A stretch of 64,000 bases of DNA from Octopus vulgaris (GCA_951406725.2 OX597823.1:107818001-107882000), one strand, 5' to 3'; shown: positions 29,200 through 43,820, counted from the stretch's first letter. Numbers and translations: made by a program. The notes: generated by a model from the sequence alone, not told the origin.

Positions 29200-30897
29200 A
29201 CATAAAGTACTCAAAACATTAAAACTGAGTCTAAGCATATTTTAGTAAGGCAAGACTAATACCTCAGATTTCAGAGAGCAAAATCTCAGAAAAATAGCAA
29301 AAGATATGCCTCTGGGCCTTATTAGACATTACGAAACTGCAAATATTTCACTAAAATGCGGATATTATCGTTATGTAGTTGGGTATTGTTGTAAAATCAA
29401 CCATTTCCAGCGTTTTGTGCGTTTTTCTCAAAATGACATTTCTGACTACGAGTAGTAATTTGCAGGTCACGATGCCTTCGAGAATAATTGATGTAATAGG
29501 GTGAAAGTTTGCATGTGTATTACTTTGATACTTGTCTAGATGCTGTTCTAGTGTGATTCGATGCACTTCATTTGTTCATCTTCTAGAGACACTTGAATGT
29601 TACTACCCAGGGTCAAAAATGCTTGAAATGCTGCATATGGCCATGGGCGATCCCACAACGAAATCTAGGCTAACTTCATCAATGTCGTTGATTCGGCATC
29701 TAGTCTGTATCCCAGCCTGTTGGCATTCCAAGTTAGAACATATTACCTTCGATAGTTTGGTAGAAAGATTGACCTAAAATAAGGGTATGTTTGCCTTGTC
29801 GGTCATTTCGAATTTTCAATTAGGTCATGAATAGATGATGTGGAAATTTGAATATTATTCTTATATATAGAACTAACATTGTTCTTGATGTTTGCCATAT
29901 TTGGTTTGCCAGGGTTTTATTCCCGCCGAGTGAGAGCATCTTCAATTGAGGAGTGTCTTCCTACGTCTGAAGTATTAGTCTTGCCTTAAAAGAACGAGTT
30001 GAACAAAAAGCCGTTTTCTTTCGTTTACGAACAGATTAGGAATTAACATGTATCTATTCCTTATCTACTTATTCCATAAAGTGTATTTGTACTGATAATG
30101 ATGGTCATGATGAGGGAATTTATGAAAAAAAAAAGAAGGAATTTAAATAAAATGAATCGATAAACAGGTAGAACTGTAGATGGGTGGAACAATAGAGATA
30201 TGAAGAATAAAGCATTTATTACTTAGACCAAGTATCCATCATCTCATTCCATTATTTATGATGCTGAGGTCATCTCATTCACGCTGTGTCAAACTGGGGA
30301 AAACCGTCATATTGATATAATGTTTTTGAAAAATCTAGAAAATGCGATATGAGTCTTTAAACCAACAAGTGAAATCAACGCTGACGCCCAGATTTTATAT
30401 CCATATCGAGAAGTATATTTCAACAGAGCAGCATAGCACAGGGGTCTCCTTGTGAAAAGTTTTGTGGATATCACGTGAAATTATATAACCTTTGCCTAAG
30501 TTCTCAAGAACCGGAGTGAACGAGTTCTATAAAAGAAAAAAGAATGGTAGACAGAAGTCGGTCTGCAGAAGCCGTAGAAGTGGTCGCAGAGAAGAGAGAG
30601 ATTCCTTTCCTTTAGATTTGGACCCACAGCAAGCGTTCTGCTAGTCATAGTAAAGTAAGAGCACAAAAGAAGAATTCTCCAGTGGATCATGTTCTGTAGA
30701 AACTGTGCCGTTGATGACTGAGAACTGAGATATGTATACAACCGTTTCCATCATCTTTGATACGCTGAATGCGATTGTGACCGATCGATAGCTGATGATG
30801 CTTGTTGAAAATGAGATACATGAGCATGTTTCAATGTATTTGGTTAAATCTTTGTAAGAGAGAGAATGAGAGAGAGGGAGAGAGAGAGAGAATGAGA

Positions 30898-30928
<31 letters not shown>

Positions 30929-32625
30929 TGAGTGGGATAGAGAGATAGGTGGGGGGGCGGCGGTAATTTGACAAGTTTGATGACATTTAGAGTATCTGGC
31001 GAGAATAGGGTCGGCTAGCTGGAGAATGCAATGTTTTAATACTTGAGTATTTAAACTGGCCATATCCGGCCAAAATATTCTGCCTGTTTTATGTTCAAAC
31101 TGGTCAGATCTGACTTCTTGCACCAACCCGACAATATCATTCTAAAGAAATTAACAGTTAGCGCATCAAAATATCATAGCTACAAGATGTGGTTTAAAAA
31201 GCATTGCTTTTGACAGAATAATGTGAATGCTAAACGGTCGGACTGGACGCCGTGTTGGGTCGGGTTGAAGCAACCAGAGTTTTCACACTTGGCAACTGTG
31301 TATAACTGGTGGCGAGGTGAAGTGGAGAAATAGCGTTGAGCAAACTGGAAACCCTGTTTTTCCATGCAACACTACGTAGTGAAACAAGTTTGTTTAGAAA
31401 GAGGAAGGGATGCTTCCAGAACCTGCAAAGTACGAAAACATTTACTGTTCTGTTGGCCGTCTGGCAGATGCTAACTGGGGATTAAACATCTGCTTAGTGA
31501 TTATTGAGACTTTGTGTTTATGTTGTAGATAACATTTTTAGCAAGTATTTCTGCTATATCAGAAATACTTGCGAATAAATCATTTGGGAATTATGGGATT
31601 TGGTTATGTAAGGAATATAAAGAGACACGCATAAGAAGTTTCTGCCCTCTGTTTAGTTGTCTTAGGTGGGGCAGAAACGAACTGCCTTGGGTTCAGGAAT
31701 AGTTGACATAAATCTGGTGGAGTTCCAGTCTGTTAGCTGGTTTGAAATAGCAGAAGGTTCGGTTGTGGGGTGTGTTGTGCAGTTGGAATATGTGAGATGG
31801 ATTGTCTCGATTAAGCTTCACTCACACGATTGAATGAAAATGGAGTTTAGGGCTGATTTTGGAGCTAAGAAAGAATTTAAAAATAATTTATAAGATTGAT
31901 GTGTTGATCAGGATACGGAAGGCGACGATATTAACTTATGCAGACATTTTAGAATGGTAAGTTATTGGGATTCATTGCCCGAGGCGTTGATGTGGGAAGA
32001 ATTCTATAACTAATGGAGTCGTATTTATTGAAGGCATTGAGGACAATGATATGAGGGAGGAGGAGTTAAAATGAGATATGTGAAACATACAAACAAAAAA
32101 CAAGTTGAATAACTACGAAGCATCAGTATGAGCATTGGAACTGTTAGAAATATCTGCCAAATATTCCTTAAATCCCCTACGGTTGTCGTGGAAAATACTG
32201 TAACATTGTAAAATAATGTATTCTTAAAATAATGAAGCTTTTTAAAATATTGTGGCCTTACAAGTGTAAGAACAACTAGGTAGTAGAACTACCTTTATAG
32301 ATTTGATCCATCAAAGTTGTTGGGAAATTTCAGATAAACTTAGATGAGCGAGTAAAAGATACTTTGATTCTGAGAAACTTGAAGTCTGTTGATAATATTC
32401 AGGAGGGAAAGATGGATACAGGCATCAGCATTTAGGAGGCAGATGGAATATAAGGTGTAACCTTGACAGCAGATACAGATTTAAGGCGATGAGGTTTAAG
32501 ATGAGATTGTCTGTGAGAGAAATGAGACGAGGGGTTTGCATGTTTGGAATTTAGTTTGAGTAGCGTCTAAGCTAGATCGACGTCCGCGAATGAAATGCAG
32601 AGGAGGGTCATTTTCTCAGCGGATT
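29200..32625 (-). mobile_element. Near full-length, heavily degenerate Jockey/CR1-type LINE ORF2 (APE endonuclease + RT)
   Basis: APE N-terminal-like segment at ~32530-32620; LKHCILQLADPILAR at ~31.0 kb; HFYGFCR and LENLGKGYIISRDIHKTF (RT motif remnants) at 30450-30600. The 3' boundary is uncertain. Confidence 0.65.
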
Positions 32626-32998
32626 GACTGTGTTGCTTTGGTCACTTCAGATTTCATAGTTTTGAGCCATTTTGATAGAAGAAATGTATCTTTTACACTG
32701 CTTCGATCCCTGACCTAACTGAAAGTCCGCCATCGCTGATGAGCTTTTCAAAATCCTTCTCGCACTAAGAAACCAGTCATAAACTGGAGAAATATCTCAA
32801 AATCTTCACACACTCACGCTTATGTATACAAACACCCACAAAGACACACACATACAAACAGAGGAACCGAGAGAAATGGGAAGATGAAGAGAGATAGAAA
32901 GAGCGAGAGATAGAGATAGATAGAGATAGAGAGAGCGAGAGAGAGCGAGAGAGAGAGAGGGAGAGAGAGAGCGAGAGATAGAGATAGAGAGAGAGAGA

Positions 32999-33045
<47 letters not shown>

Positions 33046-33158
33046 TTCGTGTGTGAAAAGCATATTCTTCGAATTTCAGGGAATACGATGTCTATTTTTA
33101 TGGATTTAGTAACTTGATATTACCTGTCTATAGAAGTGTGTATTGAGAATCTATCTAT

Positions 33159-33230
<72 letters not shown>

Positions 33231-33641
33231 TTATGTGTCTGTCTGTCTGTCTTTCTTTCTTTCTCTTTCTTTGGTTATGTGTGTGTGTATGTGCTTGTAT
33301 GTATATGTCTAACTCTCTGTACTTTTGCATCTCTCTATACGCACATACACACACACACACACACACATATGTACCTTCTCTCACACGCACACACAGAAAA
33401 ATACACATACACAATACCTACCCGTACTCCAAAATCTGATATTCGATCCTCTGGGTATCCAGGAGTAATTCAACTGGTATTAGTTACTATTTTCATTCTT
33501 CTTTCGTTTTTATTTTTAACTTTATTAATCTGGAACACATAAATAAACAAATACATCGGTACACGTGACATTTATGGGCGCTTTTTACATTAAATATTAC
33601 TTCAAAAACCATGTTACACTGCCTGAACATTCTGCACATAA

Positions 33642-33646
33642 GTATG

Positions 33647-33680
<34 letters not shown>

Positions 33681-34766
33681 TGTATGTATGTATGTATGTA
33701 TGTATGTATGTATGTATGTATGTATGTATGTATGTATGTATGTATGTATGTATGTATGTATGTATGTATGTATGTATGTATGTATGTATGTATGTATGTA
33801 TGTATGTATGTATGTACGTATGTATGCACGTATGTATGTATGTATGTATGTATGTATGTATGTATGTATGTATGTACGTACGTATGTATGTATGTATGTA
33901 TGTATGTATGTAGGAATGTATGTACGTATGTATGTATGTATGTATGTATGTATGTACGTATGTATGTATGTAGGAATGTATGTATGTACGTACGTATGTA
34001 CGTATGTATGTATGTATGTATGTATGTATGTACGTACGTATGCACGTATGTATGTATGTATGTATGTATGTATGTATGTATGTATGTATGTATGTATGTA
34101 TGTATGTACGTACGTATGTATGTATGTATGTATGCATGTATGTATGTATGTATGTATGTACGTACGTATGTATGTATGTACGTACGTATGTATGTATGTA
34201 TGTATGTATGTATGTATGTATGTATGTATTTATGTATGTACGTATGTATGTATGTATGTAAGTATGTATTTATGTATGTATGTATGTATGTATGTATGTA
34301 TGTATTTATGTATGTACGTATGTATGTATGTATGTGTGTATGTATGTATGTATGTATGTATGTATGTATGTATGTATGTATGTATGTACGTACGTATGTA
34401 TGTATGTTTGTATGTATGTATGTATGTATGTATATATGTATGTGTGTGTATGTATGTATGTATGTATGTATGTATGTATGTATGTATGTATGTATGTATG
34501 TATGTATGTATGTATGTATGTATGTATGTATGTATGTGTGTATGTATGTATGTATGTATGTTTGTATGTATTTATGTATGTATTTATGTATGTACGTATG
34601 TTGTATGTATGTATGTATGTATGTATGTATGTATGTTTGTATGTATTTATGTATGTATTTATGTATGTACGTATGTTGTATGTATGTATGTATGTATGTA
34701 TGTATGTATGTATGTATGTATGTATGTATGTATGTATGTATGTATGTATGTATGTATGTATGTATG
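33642..34766. repeat. ~1.1 kb (TATG)n microsatellite array; continues at 36245-36595
   Basis: Seen directly, with TACG, TATT and TAGGAATG variant units. Confidence 0.95.
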
Positions 34767-36245
34767 TTAGTTAGTTAGTTAGTTAGTTAATTTGGCTCAA
34801 ATGCAAATAGCAAGGCCATGTAGGGGGACATGGAGTTAAGTACAGGGTGGTGTTCATGTAAAGAGTTCAGGCCACTTGAGGTCAAGGGAGGCTTTGAACA
34901 AAGCGGTCGTCGGCATCTTCACCATCTCGTCTGGCAGCTTGTTCCACGGATCCGCAACCCGGACGGAGAAAGCTCCTCTCCTTCGATTGAGATGAAATCG
35001 TCGCAGGTAGAGCTTTTCGGAATGACCCCGCAGCCGACGCTCTGGAGCAGGAGTGAAGAACAGCTCTTTCGAGAGGTTACACTTTCCGCTTATGATGTTG
35101 TGGGCGAGAATGAGATCACCACGGCGGCGGCGTTTTTCAAGAGAATAAAGGTCGAGCGTCCTCAGTCTTTCTTCATAGGACAAATTTTTGAGACCATGAA
35201 CCATGCGGGTAGCCAGCTTCTGGACTCTTTCGAGATGCTGTATGTCTTTGAGGAGATAAGGAGAAGAGGCTTGAATCCCATACTCCAATATGGGTCTCAC
35301 CAGCGTGACATAGAGTGGTAGGAATATGGCTGCTGTGAGCATTCCGAATGACCGTCGAATCAAGAACAGAATTCCGCGTGCTTTGTTGGCAGCATGGACG
35401 CACTGGGCCGAAGGCGAAAAGGAGGAATCCACCAAGATACCTAGGTCCTTTACCTGATCGGTCCTCTCCAGCAGCAGACGACCCGGCTCGAAATCAAGTT
35501 GAGTTGCAGGAGTAGAGCCGACAGGCAGATGACAGCACTTTGACACGTTCAGACACAGGTCCCAATTGTTAGACCACTTCCAAATTTGGTGGAGGCATCG
35601 ACGAAGATCCTCTATATTACCGCGAGGAGCGACCAGTTTGATATCGTCGGCAAATAGAAGGGTGTGTTGCGTGAGGTCGTCGGGCAAGTCATTTATGAAG
35701 ACTAAGAACAACAAGGGCCCAAGCACTGAACCTTGAGGCACGCCACTGCTCGCACTGGAGACGTCGGACCGCGAACCATTAACTTGGACTTGGAAGGAGC
35801 GATCTGAGAGGAAGGCACCAACCCATCGTACAATATCCGGATGGAAACTATATGCTTGAAGCTTGACAAGCAATATGCGGTGGTTTACCGAGTCAAAAGC
35901 TTTGGCAAAGTCCAGTAAAACGATGTCAACAGCATCACTATCATCGAGGATGCGCGTCACCAATTCTTCCATTACTAGTAGGTTGGTCAAGCATGATCTC
36001 TTCGGCACGAAGCCGTGTTGGGAATCAGAGATAGAGGCTGTGTTTAGGAGGTGGAGCATCATACTTTTCTTAAGGATGGTTTCGAACATCTTGCTGATAA
36101 TTGATGTAAGGGAAACCGGTCGGTAGTTAAGTGGGTCTTCGCGGCTCCCTTTCTTGAAAATTGGGCAGATTATCGCTGTTCTCCAGTCTGCAGGTATAAC
36201 ACCCGTCGCCAATGACATATTGAATAGTCGTGTTAAGGGCTCGCA
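34767..36245 (-). mobile_element. Young 5'-truncated CR1-clade LINE with (TAAC)n tail
   Basis: Uninterrupted RT ORF, short 3'UTR and tetranucleotide tail; embedded in (TATG)n. Confidence 0.92.
34854..36218 (-). CDS. Non-LTR reverse transcriptase (CR1 ORF2 C-terminal 454 aa, 5'-truncated)
   Basis: NYRPVSLTS, QHGF, LDFAKAFDSV, SGVPQGSVLGPLLF, FADD and the CR1-type LERVQKLATR..LSYEERL..RRRGDLI motif. Confidence 0.92.
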   Translation of the reverse strand: MSLATGVIPADWRTAIICPIFKKGSREDPLNYRPVSLTSIISKMFETILKKSMMLHLLNTASISDSQHGFVPKRSCLTNLLVMEELVTRILDDSDAVDIVLLDFAKAFDSVNHRILLVKLQAYSFHPDIVRWVGAFLSDRSFQVQVNGSRSDVSSASSGVPQGSVLGPLLFLVFINDLPDDLTQHTLLFADDIKLVAPRGNIEDLRRCLHQIWKWSNNWDLCLNVSKCCHLPVGSTPATQLDFEPGRLLLERTDQVKDLGILVDSSFSPSAQCVHAANKARGILFLIRRSFGMLTAAIFLPLYVTLVRPILEYGIQASSPYLLKDIQHLERVQKLATRMVHGLKNLSYEERLRTLDLYSLEKRRRRGDLILAHNIISGKCNLSKELFFTPAPERRLRGHSEKLYLRRFHLNRRRGAFSVRVADPWNKLPDEMVKMPTTALFKASLDLKWPELFT

Positions 36246-37119
36246 TGTATGTATGTATGTATGTATGTATGTATGTATGTATGTATGTATGTATGTTAGT
36301 ATGTATGTACGTACGTATGTATGTAAGGTATGTATGTATGTGTGTGAATGTATGTATGTATGTATGTATGTATGTGTGTATGTATGTATGTATGTATGAA
36401 TGTATGTATGTATGTATGTATATATGTTAGTATGTATGTACGTACGTATGTATGTAAGGTATGTATGTATGTATGTGTGTGAATGTATGTATGTATGTAT
36501 GTATGTATGTATGTATGTATGTATGTATGTATGTATGTATGTATGTGTGTGTGTGTGTATGTATGTACGTATGTTTGTATGTATATATGTATGTGATTAC
36601 CTGAATTTTAAATTTTTGACTGGAAATGATATTAGACCGAGAAATCTTAGGTCAAGATTGAGTTGATATTTCCCTCTGTTCTCTACACTTTTCACTCTGC
36701 TGACCGTCGCTCATCGATACCACAATTACTGGTATCAACGCGTTGAAGTGTAGTCGGAACGAGTATCACGTGGCAGACAGGTGCGCCCGCGCGCGTGTCA
36801 GTCTCTTTACCGTTTGGAGTTCTTGCGATAATGCATTGTCTGGATTCTAACAAAAGAAATAATTCTTCTCTGTCATTGGAATTTAGGCCCCAACTATATA
36901 CAGTTGCATCTTACATTTCAGTAACACCTTATATATTTCCACTGTATTGCTTAAATGTTAAATTTGCTGACAACGACTTAGATCATTTCTTTGCTTACCT
37001 GAAAATATAAGCTTTTGTGGACATTTACTCAGGTGCATGAAAGATTTTGGCTATAAATGTAAATAAATAATTTGAGCAGAAAAGCTTCAAGTTTGGAAGT
37101 AATTGATTGTACAAAGTAT

Positions 37120-38320
37120 ATTTCAGAAAATTTGAGACTTTTTTCATGGGAGACATTTATTAATTTCGAAGAAGTACAAAACTCCTTCAGAATAGGATAC
37201 TCTGGTTTCAATGCACCTGTGGTAGCACTCCAGCCACTTCGTTGAAGGCTCCATGGAAGTCGTCCAAAGTGAAGGTGCCCAAGATGTTTGTCACTGCTTA
37301 CTTCAAAACGACTTTGCCCTGAGGTCCTCTTTCAGTCTGGGGAACATGCAAAAGACTGTAGGGAGCGTGAGGGACAGTTTTGATCCCATCTTCGTTAAGT
37401 ATTTGGTTACCAGAATGAAACTGGGTTCTGGTACATTGCTCTGGGTCACGAGCCGCTGATCCGAGTCGGAAATCCCACAAAATCTCCACAAAGTACCATT
37501 TGTAGATCTTCTGACCAGAGAGAGTTCAGTGGATGTAGATGATGCCCTTCCTGTTGAAAAGGGGGATCCTCCTGAGCTTCCTGGTGAACCTGTTTGGGTC
37601 TGGGGGAGCTAGGATGCTTCCATTAGACACTCTGTGACTCTTGGCGTTTGAATCGTACCAGTAGATCCAGCTTTCCTCACAGGGTACCAGAGACTCAGGT
37701 ACTCTTGGATTGGAGGTAATGAACTCAACCATCTTCTTGCTGTCACCAACGCGTCTTTAATTCCGTTCGTCACTCTGCACTCTGGGAATAAATTTTGCAC
37801 AAATTTTGCGCATGCTCAGATCTTCATGAATAATTCTGTACAATTTCCACGCCTAATCCAAACCGTATTCATATTGTCTTTATAAACGCCCGACGTTCTT
37901 CATCCAGAAAATTGCGATTATGTTCTGATGTCCCTCTACTTCCTACACCTCTCTCGTCTCTTACCTCTTCTCTACAATCTTTGAACTTCTTGTGCCAGTG
38001 ACAAGAAGATGCCCAGCTCCTACAAGTTAGTCCATTAGCATTCTGGAGCATTTCATAAGTTTCTGTAGCCTTTTAAACCCAGTTTAACACAAAACTTTAT
38101 TGCATAGCGAGCTTCCAAATTGTCTTCACGTCCCGACTGCATTCGGAAAATTAGTCAGCTGTGACAAGCAGTGTTTAGCAGGGTGTGTTCAAAATGCTGT
38201 TACAGCCGTCCTCTTTAATCTGCAAAAAGTGTCGTTTGGTCAGTATTTTAGTTGTATAGTAATGATATTTCAAATTTGCAATAATTTAGGATAATAATAA
38301 CTTCTGGAATGAACCTCTCA
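37120..38320 (-). mobile_element. Degenerate mariner transposon
   Basis: FCVKLG, WHKKFKDCREEVRD and ESWIYWYD (WIYxYD) remnants; many stops. Confidence 0.75.
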
Positions 38321-39669
38321 AATTTTCTCTCGCTTCCTCCCTAATTTTGAATGAATCGTTCAAATTCATTGGAATTGACAACAAGAAGAGTAAAAAAAAG
38401 TTTTGTTTTCGGTCAGATGAAAAAAGGGGGAAAAAAACGTTATCCCTGTATTTCTTGTAAAAGAATCTTGTAAAAGAATTGGTACCCAGCACCAAATATA
38501 TTTTATATTTTCCCAAAGAAGTTCTTCTTTCAGAAAGCACTGTATATATTAATTTAGAACATATGTTTTGCTTAGCTGATAAAGCATAACGATTTAATAG
38601 GAAAATTCCCCTCTCCTTCTTTTCACTTCTGTATCGAACGATTATATTGTCTTCTGTTTTATTTTCTGTTTCACATATATCCAATCAAAACATAATATCT
38701 CTACTCTGTCTCAAATATGTCCCATTATTAGATAATCGTCGAAATTGGAAATGAGAAACTCTGAGTAACGCTTTGTGAAATTTCAGTTTCTAATGAAATG
38801 TGCGCGCGTGTGCGTGTGCACACGTCTATATACAAGTACACTTGCATTTATATATGGTTCTCAGTTACTGCAGCGATGACGGAGTGACCCAAAAGTTACC
38901 TACAAAAACATGAGCTCCTGGATTCGATCGCTCTGAATGGTTTCTGGGCAAATGTTTTTGTCGATAGCTTCGAGTCGGTCCAAGTCTTGTGAACGAAACT
39001 GTAGACTAAAACTGCACCGAACAGTTGGCGTCTTGTCAAACATGACCACGCTGACTTTTCATGCGGATTGCACGAATGGTAACCGTGTCTCTGGGATTCT
39101 CAATCAGACGTACAAGTAGATTGAACAACTGGAATACTCGTCGAAAATGACGGAAACTTCACATGTCATGTATGTGTGTATGTGTGTGTGTGTGTTTATG
39201 TTTCTATCAATACTTGTATAAGTTGGTATACAAGAGTGGCTGTTTGTATGTATACTCGTATATGCGTGTACTTGAAGTACGTTATAGAATCATAATCTAA
39301 TCCTCGGCTTTGATTTCATTAACAAGTATAAGAAAAAAAACAATTCTCACATTTGCAACATGTGTGTGCGCGTGCTCCAGCTGAGGGGGAAAATGCCTCA
39401 GATTGTTCTGCATACTAAATACAAATATTGTAAAGTCCCAGATGTACAACTCAGGGATAAAACTTTGACTAACTAAGATTATCCTTGCAATTCATAGACT
39501 AAATATAAGTTTTTTAAAATGTAGCATATATTATAGAGGTAACTTAATTCAATAAAAATTAGAAATTTTGGCGAATATAGGAAATGCGGTGGGTGGATTT
39601 GGTTTTACGCCAACTAGCGAAGGTAATGAGTGTATATGTATATATACAAGCACGTGTATGTATATGAGC

Positions 39670-39785
<116 letters not shown>

Positions 39786-39953
39786 TGTGTACATGTGTCT
39801 ATGGTTGACTGAACATAATCTTATAATGAATGCGTCAAATCTATTTAAATCACTTAATCTTAATATTTGATGTACGCAAATTTGTATGTATAGTATGTGT
39901 GTGTAGATATGTATATATACATATTATATACATACACATGTATGTCTATATAC

Positions 39954-40007
<54 letters not shown>

Positions 40008-40189
40008 TATACAAACACACAAACAGACACACGCATATGTACTGGAAATACCACTTATGTTTATTTTTTTTTCTATTGGCAATATGACAACCTCAAAATG
40101 TTCGAGTCTCTATATGTGTTTTTATTTGCATTATATATGCCTCGTACTTCATGATATGCCTCTCTTTTTTTTTCTCTTTCAGATATTTT

Positions 40190-41262
40190 GATTTAAATAA
40201 GTGAAAATGCATGTCCTATCTGATTTCCAAAGCAGACAAATTGTTGGAGCGCGGATGGTTGGAACTTCAGTCATTAAAAAATGCTGAATTTTTTGTTTAA
40301 TGTTTCAAGAGTTATAGCTTCTAAAATAATTTTGGCATTCCTAAACCAAACTAAAACCAACCCTGGCAAGCATAATTCTGGACGAAGGGCAAAGCTCACA
40401 GAGAAACATCGTAGAACTGTGAAACTTATTAATGACTAAAAGCCATAAACTGCAGTAGCAGAGTTACACCACTTCTTGGCCAACCTCGTGTCAATCAAAA
40501 CCGTTTGTTGCAATATTTATAAAGTTGGATATCATGCAAAGGTCGCAGTTGCTAAATCTCTCCTATACTCATCAACCGAAAAAATGGTGGCTAGGCTATT
40601 GGAAGTAGTCAATGACTCAACGGAACAATGCCATCTTCTCTGATGAATCTTAATTAATCTTTTTCTTCCCATTTCGGAGCAAATTTATGTCTGGTGACTG
40701 TTCAAAGAAGTCTTGAAACTTAACTTTTTGGCCTCAACCGTCAAGCATGGAGGTAAACCGGAGATGATTTGAGCAGCTGTATCACGGATTTCTATTAGCC
40801 CCTTAGTCGTTCTACATGGCAAATTTAATGCCAAGAATTATCTGTGTACTTTGGTTTTTCATGTCCATTTTATAGTACAAACATTATTCCCTGATGAAGG
40901 CAGTCTTTTAGGACGATAATGCGCCGACTCACGCGGTTAATGTTATTCAAAATCGGTACAAATGGCACAAAATTGAAGTAGGTAACGTTGAATGGACCCC
41001 TACAGTCACCGGAAATCAAAAACCTATGGTGCATTTTGGAGCGGCAAGTTGGGAACCTTTTCCTTATGGCATCGTCACTGAAAGTGCTAAAGCAGATTTT
41101 ACTTTAGATTGGTTCACAGTTTTCCAAGTAACCGTTAAGAGCCTGTGCAAGTCAATTCCTCGACGTATTAAAGTTGTGATTGATCCCAAATCTGGACCAC
41201 CTCTGTCTTAAATGATAAAACACCCATTGAACAAGGTGTTTACTTTATTTTGTCCAATTCCC
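40190..41262 (+). mobile_element. Degenerate Tc1-like transposon
   Basis: LSDFQSRQIVGARMVG, IFSDES, TVKHGG, DDNAPTH and SIPRRIKVVI remnants; TIR-like end ttattttgtccaattccc. Confidence 0.8.
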
Positions 41263-41311
41263 TCCTCGCTCTGTATATATATGGAATAGTTACTATGAAG
41301 CATTGTGTAGA

Positions 41312-41467
41312 ATATATTGTATAAAAGATCGCGGGTAAGGCCAAAACAATGCGAAGTAAATGCAAGGAAAATCACAAGAAAACAACTATGTGAATTAATG
41401 TAGACTTACCTTGTATTCAACATTTCGCATTGTTTTGGTCTTACCCACGATCTTTTATACAATATAT
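41312..41467. repeat. Foldback/MITE-like inverted repeat with ~55-bp arms
   Basis: atatattgtataaaagatcgcgggtaaggccaaaacaatgcgaa pairs with ttcgcattgttttggtcttacccacgatcttttatacaatatat. Confidence 0.8.
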
Positions 41468-43639
41468 ATATATATATATGTCTATACACACACACACACA
41501 CATATGCAAGAGAAACCCCCCAGAACTGGATGCCAGTATCTAAGCATTATTTAAGCTTAACTAGATTACCAATGAAGGAAATCAACCGATACCAATGTAA
41601 GTGACCCCCAAAAACCATAAATCCACAAACACCTTCTTCTTTACCAGAATGAAGAACAACTCGAAATAATGAAAGTGAGATATAGAAATTCCCAAACGAT
41701 CATCGGATATGTGTATTCCCATCATTAGCTGGTTTTGATACTTGAGAAGTGCCTTTGGATCAGGTGCTGTCAACAGCGCTAAAGATATAAATGCTGCCTG
41801 AGAATCCACCAGTTTATTACTATGAGTAACAACATTAGAGCAAACAAGTAGTGATGACTACTCAGTACTAATATAACAAAGAATGTATTTCAAAAAAGGC
41901 ATTCAGACAATACAAACAAACAGACATCTAGATGCATTGTTTCTCAATCAACATCACATCATGAGCACGGAATCACATCCAACACAAGCCTTATACAGAT
42001 GAGTGGAACATACATCTCAAATGTTGGTATCACTGAGGGATGTGCAGAAGTTATGTAGTGGCTTGCTTGCAGGTGCATTGCTGCTGTTGAAATTACCTTT
42101 TAAATATTTGATAATACTATCGTTATTTAGCCCTAGGTCTACACTGCTTGCATAGTCCATTGATCAAATTTCTTTCAACAGCATTCACTTTTGGAATGAA
42201 TTTGACCTTAGGGTCACTCAAAGAGGTGTCCTCCTATTTAAATAACAGCAAACATTTGAGGGTATCTGGTTGCTATTTCTAGCAGATTGAGTAACTCTAT
42301 AAAAGATTCCTCGTTGCTGTTGTTGTCATTTGAGCTTGCTTCTCTGCTTTACCTTTTTAGTACGTGTTTCTGATATACTAGAATCCACCCCATCACTATG
42401 AGAATTGTGTTTAATAGTTCAGTGCAAATGGCTAGGACTTCCTTTAAACCTCTGAAATCGCAGGTTTGTGCACATTTTGTTGCAACTTGTTTCCTACATA
42501 GAGAATTTGATGTTTGACCAGTTTTACCAACTAAACACCCATCAATTACAAAGTCTGATTCCCACCTTGAGCAATATACACCCTTTCTTTCACTCTCTCT
42601 CTCTCTCTCTCCTTCACTATTGTACATAACAAAATTCAACAAAATCTTTGGTATTGTTACTATGTTTGGTCCTCCTCACACAATTTCTGTCAGGATGTAA
42701 CAGGACCAAGTTGTGAATGTAGGATTGTTGTTATCATTGCTATTGCTGTTGTTGTTGTTGTTACAGTTGCTGCCATTGCTGCTGCCCATTGGTTGTTTTT
42801 AGCTGTACAAGTAATGCTGTTGTTAAAGGTAATACGATAGCAGTGACATTAACAAATAATATTGATTTTGTGGTTATTTATATTTCATTAAATAAAAAGT
42901 GAGAAGGGGAAAGAGGGGCTGTAGCTGTATCCCTTACATTATTTGCAGACTGATGAGCTGGGTGTGGAGAATGTTCAGCTTGAACCTATGTGGGTCAACA
43001 TTAGCAGGGACAATGTGGTAATTTTGTGGAGGAAGGACTGTGCTGGCAAAGGGTTTCTCATTGGGCATAAGTGGGGAGTCACTGTAGAATTGATGAGAGA
43101 TAAATAGACCCAGGAGGAGAAACACAACAGGAGTGAGAATAAAGGTTCAGTAGAAATGGTATCCAGCTTGTTAATTCAGAAATGTTAACAGTACAAGTGG
43201 CAGACAGAAGAAACAGCATCTGGGGCCTAAGGAACAGAATAGGATGCGGGTGAGTGAAAATTTGGTAATCAACCAAAAAGATTCTTGTAGCACTTTCCTT
43301 GTGATATGTTCAACATTCTGGTGTGGCCTTAACTGTATTACAATGCGGGTTGCACTTGAGATTTGTACATTGATAATGACTGATTAGGGCTTAAGTATTT
43401 TCCAAAGAAACTTGGTCTTTGCGATGAAGTTATAGCAGTGTTATATATGTGAAATCCCCGTGAAGGATCATTACAGACTGTTTGGTGTTTTCAGAGCTGT
43501 TTTAGAGACAGAACCACCTTCAACTCAATCAACACTGAAAGATTTTATACCTGACCACTCCATAAAATGTTAAATATTAAATATTATACTAACTATATCT
43601 ATTCTGAATCCCATATTTTCCGTTTATAAGACTACACGT

Positions 43640-43820
43640 GTTTCACGAAAGTACATTGGATAGCGCAGCATTTGAACTCCTTTAAAAATAAAAAATTAAT
43701 GAATTCGACAGGCTTAAGTAAATATATTTGGGGTTTAAAATCCAAAGAAATCAACTGCAAACTAAAATGGGAGATAAAATGTAAAGCCAATTCATATAGA
43801 ATAGGGAATACATTATGTAC
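43640..43820 (+). mobile_element. Penelope-like GIY-YIG endonuclease fragment
   Basis: RKYIG...HLNSFKNKKLMNSTGLSKYIWGLK..KWEI. Confidence 0.75.

Noticed and set aside
32730-32780. CTGATGA...GAAACCAGTC near the LINE 5' end
   Set aside because: Stems I and II do not form convincingly.
33493-34778. Long ORFs of 214-401 aa (MYVC/HTYI repeats)
   Set aside because: Translations of the stop-free (TATG)n microsatellite.
34830-35321. 163-aa plus-strand ORF
   Set aside because: Antisense shadow of the CR1 RT ORF.
42349-42642. Non-repetitive 97-aa minus-strand ORF ending near a GT
   Set aside because: No recognisable domain, weak acceptor, and no partner exons.
42945-43005. CTGATGA followed by a strong stem
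   Set aside because: Followed by TTGAAC rather than GAAA, and no stem I.
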